Shown in pieces: positions 1-17,881 of a DNA stretch of 64,000 nucleotides. Position 1 is the first letter of the stretch, and each line of letters begins with the position of its first letter. The DNA lies in assembly GCF_009914755.1 (NCBI RefSeq), contig NC_060929.1. One strand, given 5' to 3'. The position numbers and the translations under genes are program-made. Source of the stretch: the human T2T-CHM13v2.0 reference genome, Homo sapiens. The notes beneath the pieces were generated by a model that had not been told where the DNA came from, made no database searches, and saw only the letters and a program-made list of their open reading frames with translations.

Positions 1-179
1 TAAGACATGTTTGGCCTTCATTTCTTCTGTTTTCTTAAAGGGAACATTGACTTTGACTCTCCAGTGAATTAAACCACATAGATATGCACTGACAAGCACG
101 TGTCCCATTTTTCATACATCATAAAGAGAATTTCAATTTCCACCAAATTCAACTCCTTTATTTAACAGATGAGGAACCT

Positions 180-365
180 GTAGTGTAATGAAAAGGAGTT
201 CTGGCCTCGTCTCTTAATGTGTGACCTCTTACGAACTACTTAAACTCCCTGAGCTATAGTCTTTTTTCATAGAAAAAAGAAGATAATTGCATCAGTATTC
301 TCAGGGTTTTTGTGTTGATCAAATGAGATGTTGTATGTGAACGTACTTGTGAATGGTGAAGTGTA
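180..365 (+). mobile_element. MIR SINE (degenerate)
   Basis: tgtgtgacct...cttaaactccctgagc...gggtttttgtgttgatcaaatgagatg core similarity; boundaries approximate. Confidence 0.6.
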
Positions 366-584
366 ATTCATAGGTAACTGACTAATTGGTTGGTAAGATT
401 CTGAGCTATATCTTGACTGGAGGATTAGTCTCTTTCCTGGTTATGGGAATATATTGGCTGGTGTTAACTGTTTGCCTTCCTAAATTCCATTAAAAATCTA
501 AATCCTTGCTTTTTCCTGTTTATTCTCTTTGACCTGTGCTCCTCACATTTTTTGGTAATGAGAATTACCTTGTATTAATATGTA

Positions 585-715
585 ATTACCTCAGGGAACT
601 TGTTAAAATGCAGCTCTTATAGCCCTTTCCCAAGAGATTCTGATGTAGTAGGTCTAATTTAGGGCCCAGGACTCCAATACTGGTGGGCCATGGATCTCAG
701 TCACAGAAATTTGTG
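585..715. mobile_element. MER5A-like hAT-Charlie MITE fragment
   Basis: gaacttgttaaaatgcag...cccaagagattctgatgtagtaggtct...gggcccagga. Confidence 0.65.
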
Positions 716-951
716 CCTGGTGAATTGTTTGCTTATTTAATGGTTGGCTGCACATGTTGTAGCACAAGGGCTCAAAGCTGGGAGTCTGAAAACCTGGAAT
801 TTATACACGGCTGTGATACCAACATAATTATTGGTACAAGGTAGAAGTTAAATAAATATTTGTCTTAATGAGTGTATGAAATGGCTTGTCCTGTGACCTT
901 GTATCTCTTTCCTTCAGTCTCTTCATTAGTAAAATGAAAAAGTTGAACTAG

Positions 952-1260
<309 letters not shown>

Positions 1261-1652
1261 TGACCTTTCTAGCTCTTAGACCTACTGTGGAGACAAGTAA
1301 TAGCTTCTAGAAAGTTCCTTAAGCACCTTGAAAAGCTGCATTTATTCTTTCCAGCAAATAAATAATTTTCAGTATTATAATTTCATAGCTAAATTGGCAT
1401 CCTGTTGACTTGTGGTTAATGCAATTTAATAGTGTGACTAATTTCATCTCATAAAATTGTAGCAAAAGGGAGAATACTGTGGGTTAATTTCTTAAGATAA
1501 AATATGTAATTTTTAGAAATTTAGAAGTAACTCCTTAAAAGACTCCCATGCCTTTCTCATGCTATTAGCAAATAAGCATGTTCAATCTCAAGTTAATCTA
1601 CAGCTCTGGGATTCAGTAATCTAACTCATATTTAATAATACCAAATACCAGG

Positions 1653-1707
1653 CTGCCTTGGCCTCCCAAAGTGCTGGGATTACAGGAGTGAGCCATCGCG
1701 CCCGGCC
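1653..1707 (-). mobile_element. Alu 5'-end remnant (~55 bp)
   Basis: ctgccttggcctcccaaagtgctgggattacaggagtgagccatcgcgcccggcc. Confidence 0.85.
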
Positions 1708-2249
1708 ATCTTTTTTTTCTTTTATTTCTTTTTAGTTTTCTTCTTTTTTTTTAAACAGATGGCACAACTCTTCAAATCTTCAGTGCCTCTTATTAGGATT
1801 TTGGGATGACATTCAAAATATCTCATTATCTTTCTACATTCGAACTCGTCCTTTTCTGCTGTTACGCCTCTCTTCGGCAACAGTGGAGTTTTTGAATTTG
1901 TGATTGTCCATTGTTTTAGTTCAGCAGTTCCTTCTGCTTGGAGTGACCCTCATTTGACTGTTTCCACTTCTCAAAACTTAAATCCTTGTTCAAATGTCAC
2001 TTCCACTTCATGTGCTTCTTTGGTTCCTCTGCCTGAATTAAACTTTCCCCTCCAAACTTCCACATTACTTTGAGAACAGCAAGATTCTATCAGGTGAAAA
2101 AAAAGGAAGGTCTCTTCAGGCAAAAGGTGTAGCAAGGACTAAAATATAAACTCAAAAATAATTATGTGTTATAAATTTAAGTATTTACTACATATAAGTA
2201 ATAGTAATATAACACTAATACTATATATACAGACCATGTTTATGTAGGA

Positions 2250-2860
2250 TAAAAAATATATAGTTAAGACTCATATACTTACTGTCTATCTTAAGAAGTA
2301 GATATTACCAAATATATTGAAGTTCCTAGATCTCAGAGCGTCTTTTATCTCCAAATGTAACCACTGTCCTGAATTGTCTGTTTGTGATTTCTTTGCATTT
2401 TTTGCTTTTCCCTTACATATGGTCATCTAAATAATTTCTTTAGGTTTTTGTGTGGAATATAAAGTATAATATTTTATATGGAATATAAATAATGTATTTT
2501 ATTTCTGCTACTGGTGTTTTTTATTAATCTTTCACTTGTGTAAATATATAATATATAAATATATAATAACATGACTATTTATGTATATATCACATTTTTA
2601 TTGCCATGTACTATTCTGTTTGAATAAATCACAATATACTAATGGAAATCTTTTACTGACAAATATTTGTATTGATTGAATTTTTTTCTTTTTCTCTTCT
2701 ATTGGAAAAAAAATTTATTTAAATATTTTTGTACACATCTCTCAGTGCAGAGGTGCAAGGATATATTTGAGATGTATGCCTAGGATTTGCATTGTTTTCT
2801 TAGGTGGGGTGTACATCTTTGATTTTGATGGGTAGTGTTGTTTCCCAAAGTGTTTTTGGA
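2250..2860 (-). mobile_element. Old L1M (L1ME-like) 3' fragment
   Basis: gtaaccactgtcctgaatt..., aaatatttttgtacacatctctcagtgc..., ttttgatgggtagtg..tttcccaaagtg; approximate. Confidence 0.55.
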
Positions 2861-3296
2861 ATGGCAGTTAGTAATGCTTAAACCTTTGTTTTTAGCATTT
2901 AGGACTATTGGGAAATAAAACTGGAAATGAAGGTTAGAATCAGACTGTACAGTAAGTTGACATGCCAAAGCATTTGGATTTTATTCTATAGGTAAAGGGA
3001 AACCATCGTTGTGACACTCCGTAGGTTACTTACTTTATCTGAATCTTAGTTTTCCCTTCAAAAATTTTGGGACAATACCTTCCTCACAGACTTGTGAATA
3101 TCCTGGCATGTAATAATTGATATTAGTATTATATATTAGTATCAGAAAAAATTGTGAACTGAGTGTGACATAAACAGATTTATATTTTAGAAAGCTAATG
3201 GCAACTGGGTATAGAATAGATGTTTGCAGAAAGACAGGAAGCTATTGTGGTCATCTAGCAGGCAGAAAATCCTTATTAACATTTTAAGATCTAACT

Positions 3297-3506
3297 CAGG
3301 ATTTCTCAGTCTTGGAACCATTGAAATTTTGAGCTGGATAATCCTCTGTTTTGTGGGTGTTGTTCTGTGCATTGGAGGAGGTTTAGCGTCATCCCTGGGC
3401 TCTATCACTTGATGCCAATAGCCACCTGTCCCCTACAACTGTGCCAATTAAAAATGTCTGCAGACATTGCTGGGGGGATAAAACCACACCCATTTGTGAA
3501 TGACTG
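3297..3506. mobile_element. MER20 hAT-Charlie DNA transposon
   Basis: cagg..ttctc...aaaaatgtctgcagacattgc...gactg; 8-bp TSD atctaact (3289-3296) / atctaatt (3507-3514). Confidence 0.85.
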
Positions 3507-3689
3507 ATCTAATTCCAGTGTCCACTCCTTTATGAAAGCTTCCTTGTCTCCTTTTAGAAAGATTCAATTGTTCTCTTCCCAAATACCTTTTATTGGCATC
3601 TCCCCATATAGTTTTAGAATTATCTGTAGACTTTTCTACAAGACCAAAGTTCTTGAAAACAACAATTAACAATTTTTGTATTTCAATAA

Positions 3690-4330
3690 TTTAGAACATG
3701 GTCATAACTAATGTAGATGTTTAAGATGTAAATTGTCAAATAAATGATTCGACAATTATTTTGAGGTAAGAAGTAAGTTACGGGAAGAATCAGGTAAAAG
3801 AAGAGCTTTCCAGGCAAAGGAACTAGCAAGAGCAAAGTCTCTGAGTTAGAAAAGAGTTTTCTCTGTCTTAGAAACAGAAAGCTAGTGCAATCAGAGCCAA
3901 GTGTGCATGAATGAAAGTAGCACATAATAAGAAATGAAATAGATGAAAAAAGAATTGATCTTTAAACAGCTATGCTTAGTGACCTTCAGTAGAGTTGTGG
4001 GAAAGAAGCTAAAATGAATTTGTTGGATGGTAAATGAATGAATGAGAGGCAAGGAAGTAAAAGCCGTAAGTAGATGCTACCCTTGCCAAGAGCTTGGCAA
4101 GGCAGGCAGGAGACAGCTGAGGTAATACAATATAGGAGAAAGATAAAGCATGTTTGTGGGTTGAAGGGAAAACATCCTGTTGTGGTAAGAATGCAATAAA
4201 GAAATTTGATAAGGCAATGCATTGAAGATGTGGCAGTGCATGGAATGTAGAGAAGAGGTGGAAGATTAACTTTGGATAATTGTAGTCATTCTTCACCTGA
4301 GTTGTAATGGGCGGGAAATGTTACCTGAAA
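3690..4330 (-). mobile_element. L2 LINE fragments (probably continuing at ~8350-8750 beyond the MIR/L1 insertion)
   Basis: Purine-rich L2-type text such as ttccaggcaaaggaactagcaagagcaaagtctctgag and ttagtgaccttcagtagag; approximate. Confidence 0.55.
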
Positions 4331-4609
4331 TTGTGAACATATTTTGAAATGAAAAAAGAGAACATTACATGAAATTAATAGCCTTTTCCATGAAGTTAAA
4401 CAGGTTAGTGTTAATTTTCATTCAACAGATATTCATCTTGCATCTGGTTTTTTCAGGCAGTGTATTCTATGCTGAAGACACAGCAGTGCATATGCCATGC
4501 ATACAGAACTGACTCACTGAGAAGTTGAATCAATGGTCTCAGGTCATAGACAGCTGGTAAGTGGCAAAAATGGAATTCAAAATTAGGTGTTCATGAATCC
4601 AGAGCCTAT

Positions 4610-8366
<3,757 letters not shown>

Positions 8367-10479
8367 CTAGGGTTAGAATTTTGCAAAGAGATTTGTGGAA
8401 GTTACGATCATGAGGTACCTATGGGACAAAGAGACAGCAAAGCTAAAAAGGGATATTTCACAAAAGATAACATAAGAAGTAAAGAAGGGACCTTGGGTGT
8501 GATTAATAAGAGGAGCAAGTTGAGTGGGAGATGGAGGCCGGAAGGATAGAAAGAAGGTGATATGATCGGAGAGTGTACTTAAAGTGTTGTATCTTGGGGT
8601 TGAGGAATTCTGTGTAATGATGCCAGTGATGGTGAGGCTATGCATATAAGCTGCTAAGGTAGAAAACTGAACAAAGAAAATTTATAGGAGAACTCAAGTA
8701 ACACATCAATTTGGGGTTAAGATAGTGCATGGCAAAGAATCTCACGTGCCTCAATAAAATCCAGAGGGTATAACTATATTTTGTATAGTTTTTGAGGATC
8801 GATTAAATTATATATATTATTTTTTATTCAGGGAGGCAAAATGTGAATGTATAGATTTTTAGAATGACTTCCTCCTGAACATGGGTAAGCCATACAGCAT
8901 GTCAATTCTAAATTATTTAGAAATCTTGACCATGTTAAATAACATATTATCTAAGATATTGCTTTACTGATACCATTTTCTTTAAAATTATTCCTACTCC
9001 ATTTATGTTTACCTAATGTGTTAATCCCAATTGTTTTCCTGATTCTTTTGTTACACATGGCCAAGTTGGCTATATTATCTGTTGGGTAAGGTGCCAGCAG
9101 GTGCGGAAGTCCTGATTCCCAGGAGCCTTCTCTACTTAGTGATCTCCTAATTGAGCTTCCTTTCCCCATGTCTGATAAACTTTGCCTGCCTCCTGATAAC
9201 ATCTCAGGAAATGCCCACCCACATTCCACCTGAGAATCTTAGCTTCTTCCTTCCTACTCAGATCTTTTTGATAGTTCCATAAATATCTCCTTGTCATCTA
9301 GCTTTTCTATTTTCTTCCTGACACAAGCAAAATTTCTGAAGTAATAAGAGCAATAACAAATATATAAATGCTTGTTTTGAAAAGCTTCTACGTGCACATT
9401 TTTTGTTCTCACTCTAATAATGTGATAAAGCTGAATTATTTCCAATTTTCTGACGAGAGAGGTCAAGAGACTTGTTCAAGGTCTTTTCTCTTGGTAAGTA
9501 AAGGTGTCCATTATGAGAACATAGTTCTTCTAAGGTAAAATACCACTCCAGAAGCTTCACCCTTTTATAGAAATATGTATCTGAGAAGTGGAAGAAAAAA
9601 TAAATCGGCATCATTGATTTTAACTTTCCAGTTATTGCTAAAATCTCATCATCTGTATCTTTGCAGATGTAGGCAATACATTACCTCTTGTGGCAGGTTG
9701 GTTTATCTTGGATTATTTGCTTTTCTTTATAATGAGCTGATACTGTTCTCCATATAACTTCTGTTCATGAGTTCTAGTCCATCTTCTGCAGCTATACAGA
9801 CTAAACAAATAAGCACTCACTTTTCCTAGACAACCTTTCAGTATTTTCAGGTACTCTTCTCTGTGTGCCATGTCACTATTATTATTATTATTTTACAGGA
9901 CATATTTTTCAGGCTGTTTTGTGGAAGTCACTCTCTTCTGGACCTGGTCTTATTTCATTAATCATAACTCTAAAACATGAAATCTACACTTCAGCATAAT
10001 ATTTTAGATGTGTTCTGTTTAGTGGATTCGAACACAATATAATGATCACCTCCTTTGTTCCAATGATGTGTAAATATGTTCAAAGTTCATGTGCTTTGGG
10101 ATAGCTACTAATGATTCATATTGAACTTAGAAATCTGCATGATTGAGTTTCTTGTGATAATTCTATAGTAATTGTGCCTCTAAATCCATATATCTGATAA
10201 AGGTCCATCATGAAATTTCTAGTAATAATTACTGAGCATGGAATAATGACATCTATATACTCTGAGTTTAAAAGTTGGAACATTATGTCTCATTCACATA
10301 AACTACAGTAATTCTAGATGTTACACATTACCTATTTATTTTTATTTTGTTAATTTGATTACAAGCTCAACTTAATATTTTATATTCTCCAGTTTTTATT
10401 TTTAAAATAGTTTAAATTAAACTAAAAATAAATACTTCTGGTTCTATGCATTTTGCATAATGGATATTCAACCTGTATT

Positions 10480-12200
10480 ACATTCTATGAATATACCACA
10501 ATTTATTCCACTCTACTGTTGATAGATATTTGGGTTTTTCTGGTTTTGAGCTGTTATGAGCTAAGCTGCTAGTGAAGATTTTTGAACATGTCTTTTTTTT
10601 TTATTTTAGTGGACATATACACCAACTTCCCTTGAGTTTATACCTAGGAGTATAACGGTTGGAGCATAGGGCAAGCAAGTGTTTAGCTTTAGGAGATATT
10701 GTCAAACAGTTTTCCAAAGTGGTTGAGTCAATTTATACTCTCAGCAGGAGGGTATGAGAGTGCAAGTTGCTCAGTGTACTCCCCAGTACTTGACATTGTG
10801 TGTCTTTTTAATTTTAGCTCTTTGAGTAGGTGTGTTATTTCATTTCAATATTAGTTTGCATAGATTTGATTATTTATGATTCTTTGTATCTTTTGATATG
10901 CATATTGGCCTCTTGGATATTCTCTTTTTTGAAGTTTTGGTCAAGCCTTTTGCACATTTATTAATGGATTGTTTTTCTTTTTTTAACAAATGCATAAGAG
11001 CTTATATAATATGTTAAATATGTTAGCTATGTCAGAATTTATGTATTGCAGGTTTTTTATCCAGGCTGTGGCTTATCTATTTACTTTCAGAATATTTTTT
11101 GACAAACAGAAATTTTTACTTTTGCTTTGTTGATTTTTTCTTTTGTGATTTGTCTTTTTTATGTTCTATAAAGATTTTTTTCCTACCCCAAGGTCATGAA
11201 GGTATTTAATCATATTTTCTTCTGGAAGCTTACTGACTTTGGCTTTCACATTTGGGGTATGAGCCACCTCACATAAATTTTGGGTTATGCTGTAAGTTCA
11301 GAGTCAAAGTTCACCTTTTTTTCTCATATGTATATCTAACTATTTCAGTCTTTATTGAAAAGACCATACGGTTGCCACTGAAGAGAACTGGTGCTTTTAC
11401 CTAAACCAAGTGACTGTTTATGTGTGAGCTGTTTCTGGTTTCACTATTCTTTTCCGTTGATATGTTTTTCTACCTTTGCACTGAATCCATACTGTCTTAA
11501 TTACTGTAGCTTTCTAGAACACGCTGGAATCTTGTATTTCTTCCTCTTCTTTAACATCTTCCTGTCTATTTCTACATAAACTTTGGAATCACATGTCAAT
11601 TTCCACATGCAAAAAGTGTCAACCTTTTTGATTGGGAGTATATTGTACTTATAGATAAGTTTTGAGAGAATTGATATATTGAATATTTAATTTTTTTGAC
11701 CCCAAAACATGGAATACTTCTTTACTTATTCAGATTTTAATGTCTCTCAGTAGTGCAATGGTACTTGCACTACTTTCTTAAGATTTACTCATAAATGTGT
11801 GATTTTCTAAAAATGCTGCTGTAAATAGTTCCTATTTTATCTTATTTTTCAATTATTTATTGCTAGTATATAGAGATACAATTGTTTTTTGTTGTTGACC
11901 TGGGTCCAGTGACCTTGATGAATTGATTTATTGATTGCAATAGTTTATCTTTTTATTTGATGTTGTATGTCCACAATTATGTCATCTGTGAAAAAAAAAA
12001 AGGCAGTTTTACACACTCCTTTCCAAACATTGTAACCTTTTCTTGACTTATTGGAATGGTTAGAACTTACTTTATAATGATGCATAGAAATAGCAGCCGT
12101 TGATGCTCTTTTTGTATTTCTGACCTTTTGGGGCAAGCGCTAGCATTTCACTATTGAATGCAACAATTTCTCTCTCTCTTTTTTTTTGTACATATCTTTT
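10480..12200 (-). mobile_element. Old L1M (L1MC/ME-like) ORF2 3'/3'UTR fragment
   Basis: tgtcaaacagttttccaaagtggttg, cctaccccaaggtcatgaag, tttattgaaaagacc, aattatgtcatctgtgaa; approximate. Confidence 0.75.
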
Positions 12201-12702
12201 CTAAAAATCAGAATTAGGAAATTCCCTATAGTGCCATCTTCCAGTTTACCAATTCTTCATTCTATTGTGTCCAGCAGTTTCGTAACTTCATGTGTTATCT
12301 TTTTAAGTTCTGGAATGTCATTTGATTAATTTTAAATCCTCTATTTATGTGTTTAAGTTCCTCATGCTTTCATTTATTTTGTTCATGTTTTCTTTCAAAT
12401 AACAAATGTATTAATCACAGTGAACCAAAATTCTGTTTCTACTACTTACAATATCTAGATTATTTTTACTTCTGCTCCTTTCGCATATTTTTCTCTTGCT
12501 AATTGGTTTTATTTTGTTACCATGTTGCTTGTCTAGTATTTTGTAAAATAGTATTTTGGACATAGTATATGATGTAATTATAAAGTCTCTATCTAGATGA
12601 TACCATTTTCCACCGGTACTGTTGAATTATTCCTCCATTTCAGTTTTTTCTTTTAGACAGGATGAGAGCCTAATCACATAAATGTAATTAGGGGTTAAAT
12701 TA

Positions 12703-13010
<308 letters not shown>

Positions 13011-13169
13011 AAGAAGTTATCTGAAACTAAACAGTTTCAGTGAAACCCATTCTACACTTGGATTGTATTATAGTCTTTCTGGACTTTTGATTGAGAGACT
13101 GTTGGGTGTAGGCCTTCAAAAACTGAGGGAGATCAAGTTCTGCTTTTCAAAGATTATCAATTTAATGGT

Positions 13170-15060
13170 TTTTGTGGTCAGAGAAAAATGCTTTGTGCAA
13201 CGAAATCCTTTCGAATTTGTTCAGATTTATTTTACAGCACATAATATGATCTATCTAAATGTTGTTCCATGTGCACTTGTAAAAAATGTAACGGCCAAGT
13301 TGGTAATAGTGGTAAAGTCTTCTGTAGCTTTTCTGATTTTCCTTTACTTGTTCTATTTATGACTAAGAAATGGCTGTTAAAATCTCCAAGTCTAATTGGG
13401 ATTTGTCTATTTCTTTTTCAGTTTTATCAAGTTTTGCTTCATTTATTTGATACTGTTGTTAGATGCAAACAAATTTAACATTATAATTTCTCTGTGACTT
13501 AATTTCTTTTTCTTTTTTTTCATTGTATTCTCATTTTATTTCGTGTTTCTTTTTTTTAATTTTATCATTTTTATACTTTAAGTTTTAGGGTACATGTGCA
13601 CAACGTGCAGGTTTGTTACATATGTGTACATGCACCATGTTGGTGTGCTGCATTTTACCCATTAACTCGACATTTAGCATTAGGTATATCTCCTAATGCT
13701 ATCCCTCCCCCCTCCCCCCACCCCACAACAGTCCCCGGTGTGTGATGTTCCCCTTCCTGTGTCCATGTGTTCTCATTGTTCAATTCCCACCTATGAGTGA
13801 GAACATGCAGTGTTTGTTTTTCTGTCCTTGTGATAGTTTGCTGAGAATGATGGTTTCCAGTTTCATCCATGTCCCTACAAAGGACATGAACTCATCATTT
13901 TTTATGGCTGCATAGTATTCCATGGTGTATATGTGCCACATTTTCTTAATCCAGTCTATCGTTGTTGGACATTTAGGTTGGTTCCAAGTCTTTGTTATCG
14001 TGAATAGTGCCGCTATAAACATACGTGTGCATGTGTCCTTATAGCAGCATGATTTATAATCCTTTGGGTATATACCCAGTAATGGGATGGCTGGGTCAAA
14101 TGGTATTTCTAGTTCTAGATTCCTGAGGAGTCGCCACACTGTCTTCCACAATGGTTGAACTAGTTTACAGTCCCACCAACAGTGTAAAAGTGTTCCTATT
14201 GCTCCACATCCTCTCCAGCACCTGTTGTTTCCTGACTTTTTAATGATCGCCATTCTAACTGGTGTGAGAGGTTATCTCATTGTGGTTTTGATTTGCATTT
14301 CCCTGATGGCCGGTGATGATGAGCATTTTTTCATGTGTTTTTTGGCTGCATAAATGTCTTCTTTTATATTGCATAAATATATGCATAAATATTCTTCTTT
14401 ACCCCTGGTACTATTTCTGGTTCTGAAATCTATTTTGTCTAACATCAATATAGCCACTGCAGCTTTCTTTTGATTAAAATTTACATTGTACATATTTTCC
14501 ATCTTTTTACATTTAATCTATGTTTTTATGTTTAAAGTGGATTGGCTATAGATATTATATAGTTGAGTCTTTGCTTTTTTATTAAGTCGATTTCTGCTTT
14601 TTATTCAGTAAATACTGCCTAAGTGAAGTATTTAGACCAGTTACATTGAAGGTAAATATTCATAATACTGGATTTGGATCTATTATCTTACCATACATTT
14701 TATAATTTTTTTTGCCTTTTTTTGGTCCCTTTCCTGCTGTCGTTGGATTTTCTTTTTAATGATTCCATTTTATCCCCACTATTGGCTTAATAGTTATGTA
14801 TCTTTTAAAAATTTGTAAGTTTTATTTTAGTGTTTACAATATATGTCTTTAACTTGTACAGTCTACTATTAAATATTATACCATTCCATTTAGTATGTAA
14901 TAATCTTACAGTAGTATACTTTCACTTTCTTCCATCCTTTGTGCCATTGTTATATATTTCACTCCTCCATTTGATAAACCTCAAAATATATTTAACTATT
15001 TTTTTAGAGCCTCACATCTTTAAAACATGTTAATAATAAAAATAATGTTTACATTTGAGT
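13170..15060 (-). mobile_element. Old L1M endonuclease/inter-ORF fragment, interrupted by the L1PA at 13505-14365
   Basis: gttttatcaagttttgcttcatttattttga..., tctattttgtctaacatcaatatagccactgcagctttc; approximate. Confidence 0.7.
13505..14365 (-). mobile_element. 5'-truncated L1PA4-like element with bipartite tail
   Basis: tacatgtgcacaacgtgcaggtttg 3'UTR; ORF2 C-terminus [19 protein letters not shown] (ORF track 13780..14253). Confidence 0.92.
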
Positions 15061-15578
15061 TTGGGAGTTAGTAAAAGTGGAATCTCATCTCATTTCATTT
15101 ATTTTTAGTCCGGGTATCCTTGACCGAACTTGATGCTTTCCCACATCCTTGAAAAAGAGCTATCTCTTCCTTTCTATTTATAGCAAGATGTTGAGATGAT
15201 CACTGAGACCTGCAAAAAGATTTGTATTCCTCAACAAAAATCTTTTCATAAATTAATGAACTTTTATTTATTGCTGCAATATGTAATTTATACTTCTTGA
15301 AACCTGTCTTTGGAAAAATTCCAATGAAGAATGAAATGCCCCCTTTCAGGGGGCAACTTATGATTTATTAACCCAGTGAGACTAACAAACTAAAATTTTA
15401 TTAATGCAGCATAGTTGCCAAAGTATATAGAAACATTCTATATATTCTATGTTTCTGCTTTGTGAGATTTTAGTAAACATTCTAATCTAGGAGGATTTGG
15501 TGATCAAATGGTTTTAGAAAATGCTACAAACTTTATTTTCCTGCAGGAATTTCATTTAGCTGAATCTCTTTGGTCTAG

Positions 15579-15983
<405 letters not shown>

Positions 15984-16524
15984 TAGAAAGCTTTTTTCTA
16001 TTGGTACAATTGTAAGTATCTCATTTTTTATTGAATGTATTTTGAGGATTACTGATTTAAAATATTCAAATGTTTTTCATTTTTATCATTCCTAGATTTA
16101 GAAAAGATAAATAATTTATATTTAATTCTATCTACCTTATTCACCCCCTTAAAAATCCATTGAATGCCTGCCATGTGCCAGGCATTGTAATTTATACAAA
16201 TAATGGTATTACTGATCTTTGAGTACAGATTATCTGGCTTCAAACTCAATATTGGTTTTACTTTGCTTTATGCACTTTATCACAGGGGCCTCCATCGAAA
16301 CTTATTCATAATACCAGATATTTCCAAGGCATTACAGCATGGAAATGTAAAATCTAATTCTAGCTCTTTCCATATTATATGATCTTGAGAAAACTTGCTC
16401 TCTGCTCGGTACCTCAATTTTCCTTGTCTCCAATTCTAAACGTAATTCTAAATCTACCAGAAAAGCATCTCTAGGTATTATTCAATAAAGAATGCAATTC
16501 AGACAGGAATATAGGCAGGTTTTT

Positions 16525-16860
16525 TTTTTTCTTTTCATTAATGCATGCTCTATATACATTAAAATTTGCAGATCTTAAGTATACAATTTGATAATATTTA
16601 TGTAAACATGTATCTGTATAATCGCCATTTAGATCCAAGTGTAAAACATTTCTATTGCCTCAAAGTTTTCTTTGTGCCTCATTATGGTCATTGCCTCTTC
16701 CCCCCAGACACAGACATTGCTGTTTGAACTTCTATTACTATAGGTTTGTTTTGTCTGTCTGGAAGTTCTTATAAAGGGAATTATATGCCATATAATCTTT
16801 TGTGTCTGGCTTCTTTCACTCCATATAATGTCGCTGAGAGTCATTCAAGTTGCTACCTAG
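16525..16860 (-). mobile_element. L1MB/MC-like 3' end
   Basis: cagatcttaagtatacaatttg..., tttgtgtctggcttctttcactccatataatg. Confidence 0.7.
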
Positions 16861-17309
16861 TGTTTTAATGCCAGTAGGACTTCAGTTTCTTAACCTATAC
16901 AATGAAAGGGATTGGGCTAGATGAACTCTGAAGATTTTTTGAATTCTGAGAATGAGAGGCTCTTTCCACTGTTTTGCAATAATTAACATGCAGGAATTCT
17001 GACCTGATTCAGTTGCCATGATACCATGACATTATTGGGAATGACAGCTTTGAATGTGTCATCCAGTGAGAGGATGACATTGCATGTCTGGGCGTGGAAC
17101 ATTTTATGCACCTCTGTAATGTAAGGTCAGAAACTTTTGTAGCTCAGGATGACCTTACTGATTTCTGAGCCCTCCCACATCTAGCATTCTTCCCATGTGA
17201 CATATTAATTGAATTGTCTATATCACATTTCTAAAAGTCATTGATAAAGAGACTTAAAAGAAGACTTTATGCAAAGCTTCTGCCTAATTATGTCTTGGTA
17301 ATCTCTCTA

Positions 17310-17555
17310 TGTGTAGTGTTTAGGGGTCATCTATGGGATCAGACAGACTCATATTCAAATCCTGGTGCTTCACTTCTATCTGTGAAACCGTGGGCAAGTT
17401 GCTTAAATTCACTGAGTCTGTTTCCTCACCTGGAAATGAGGGTAATGATAGCTACCTCACAGTGTTGTTATAAAGAACTGAATGAGTTAATGCATGCAAA
17501 GTGTTCATAGTGCCTTGAACTTGAGTACTGCTCAGTCAAGGACAGCTGTTAGTGC
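17310..17555 (+). mobile_element. MIR
   Basis: ttcaaatcctggtgcttcactt...gggcaagttgcttaa...ctgtttcctcacctggaaatgagggtaatgatagctacctc. Confidence 0.85.
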
Positions 17556-17881
17556 TGCAGCTTCTCAGCAAAATCTGTTATCTTGTGCTCCTGCAATTCC
17601 TCACTGAAGTTCCCTTTCTGGGACAGTCCTGTGTGTTCACATTTGCTGGGACAAAAGTGAGTGTAAGCAGTGAGTAGTGAACAGCCACAGGATTTTAATC
17701 AATCCTGTGAAGAGGGAAACTTTCCATAGAGAATGAACTGGGGCAGTTAAAAGAGAATGAGCAGTGACTGGAGGATGGAAGCCTTGGGTTCTAATGACTT
17801 CCTTAGTCAAGAGAAGTTTCATGACCTTGATTGTGGCACTAAATCTCTTTAGAATAAACTAAATAGTGTAACACTTTTGAG

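Noticed and set aside
15337-15355. GC hairpin tgccccct-ttc-agggggca resembling a terminator or CTCF site
   Set aside because: Intrinsic terminators do not apply in this genome, the CTCF match is weak, and an 8-bp stem is expected by chance in 64 kb.
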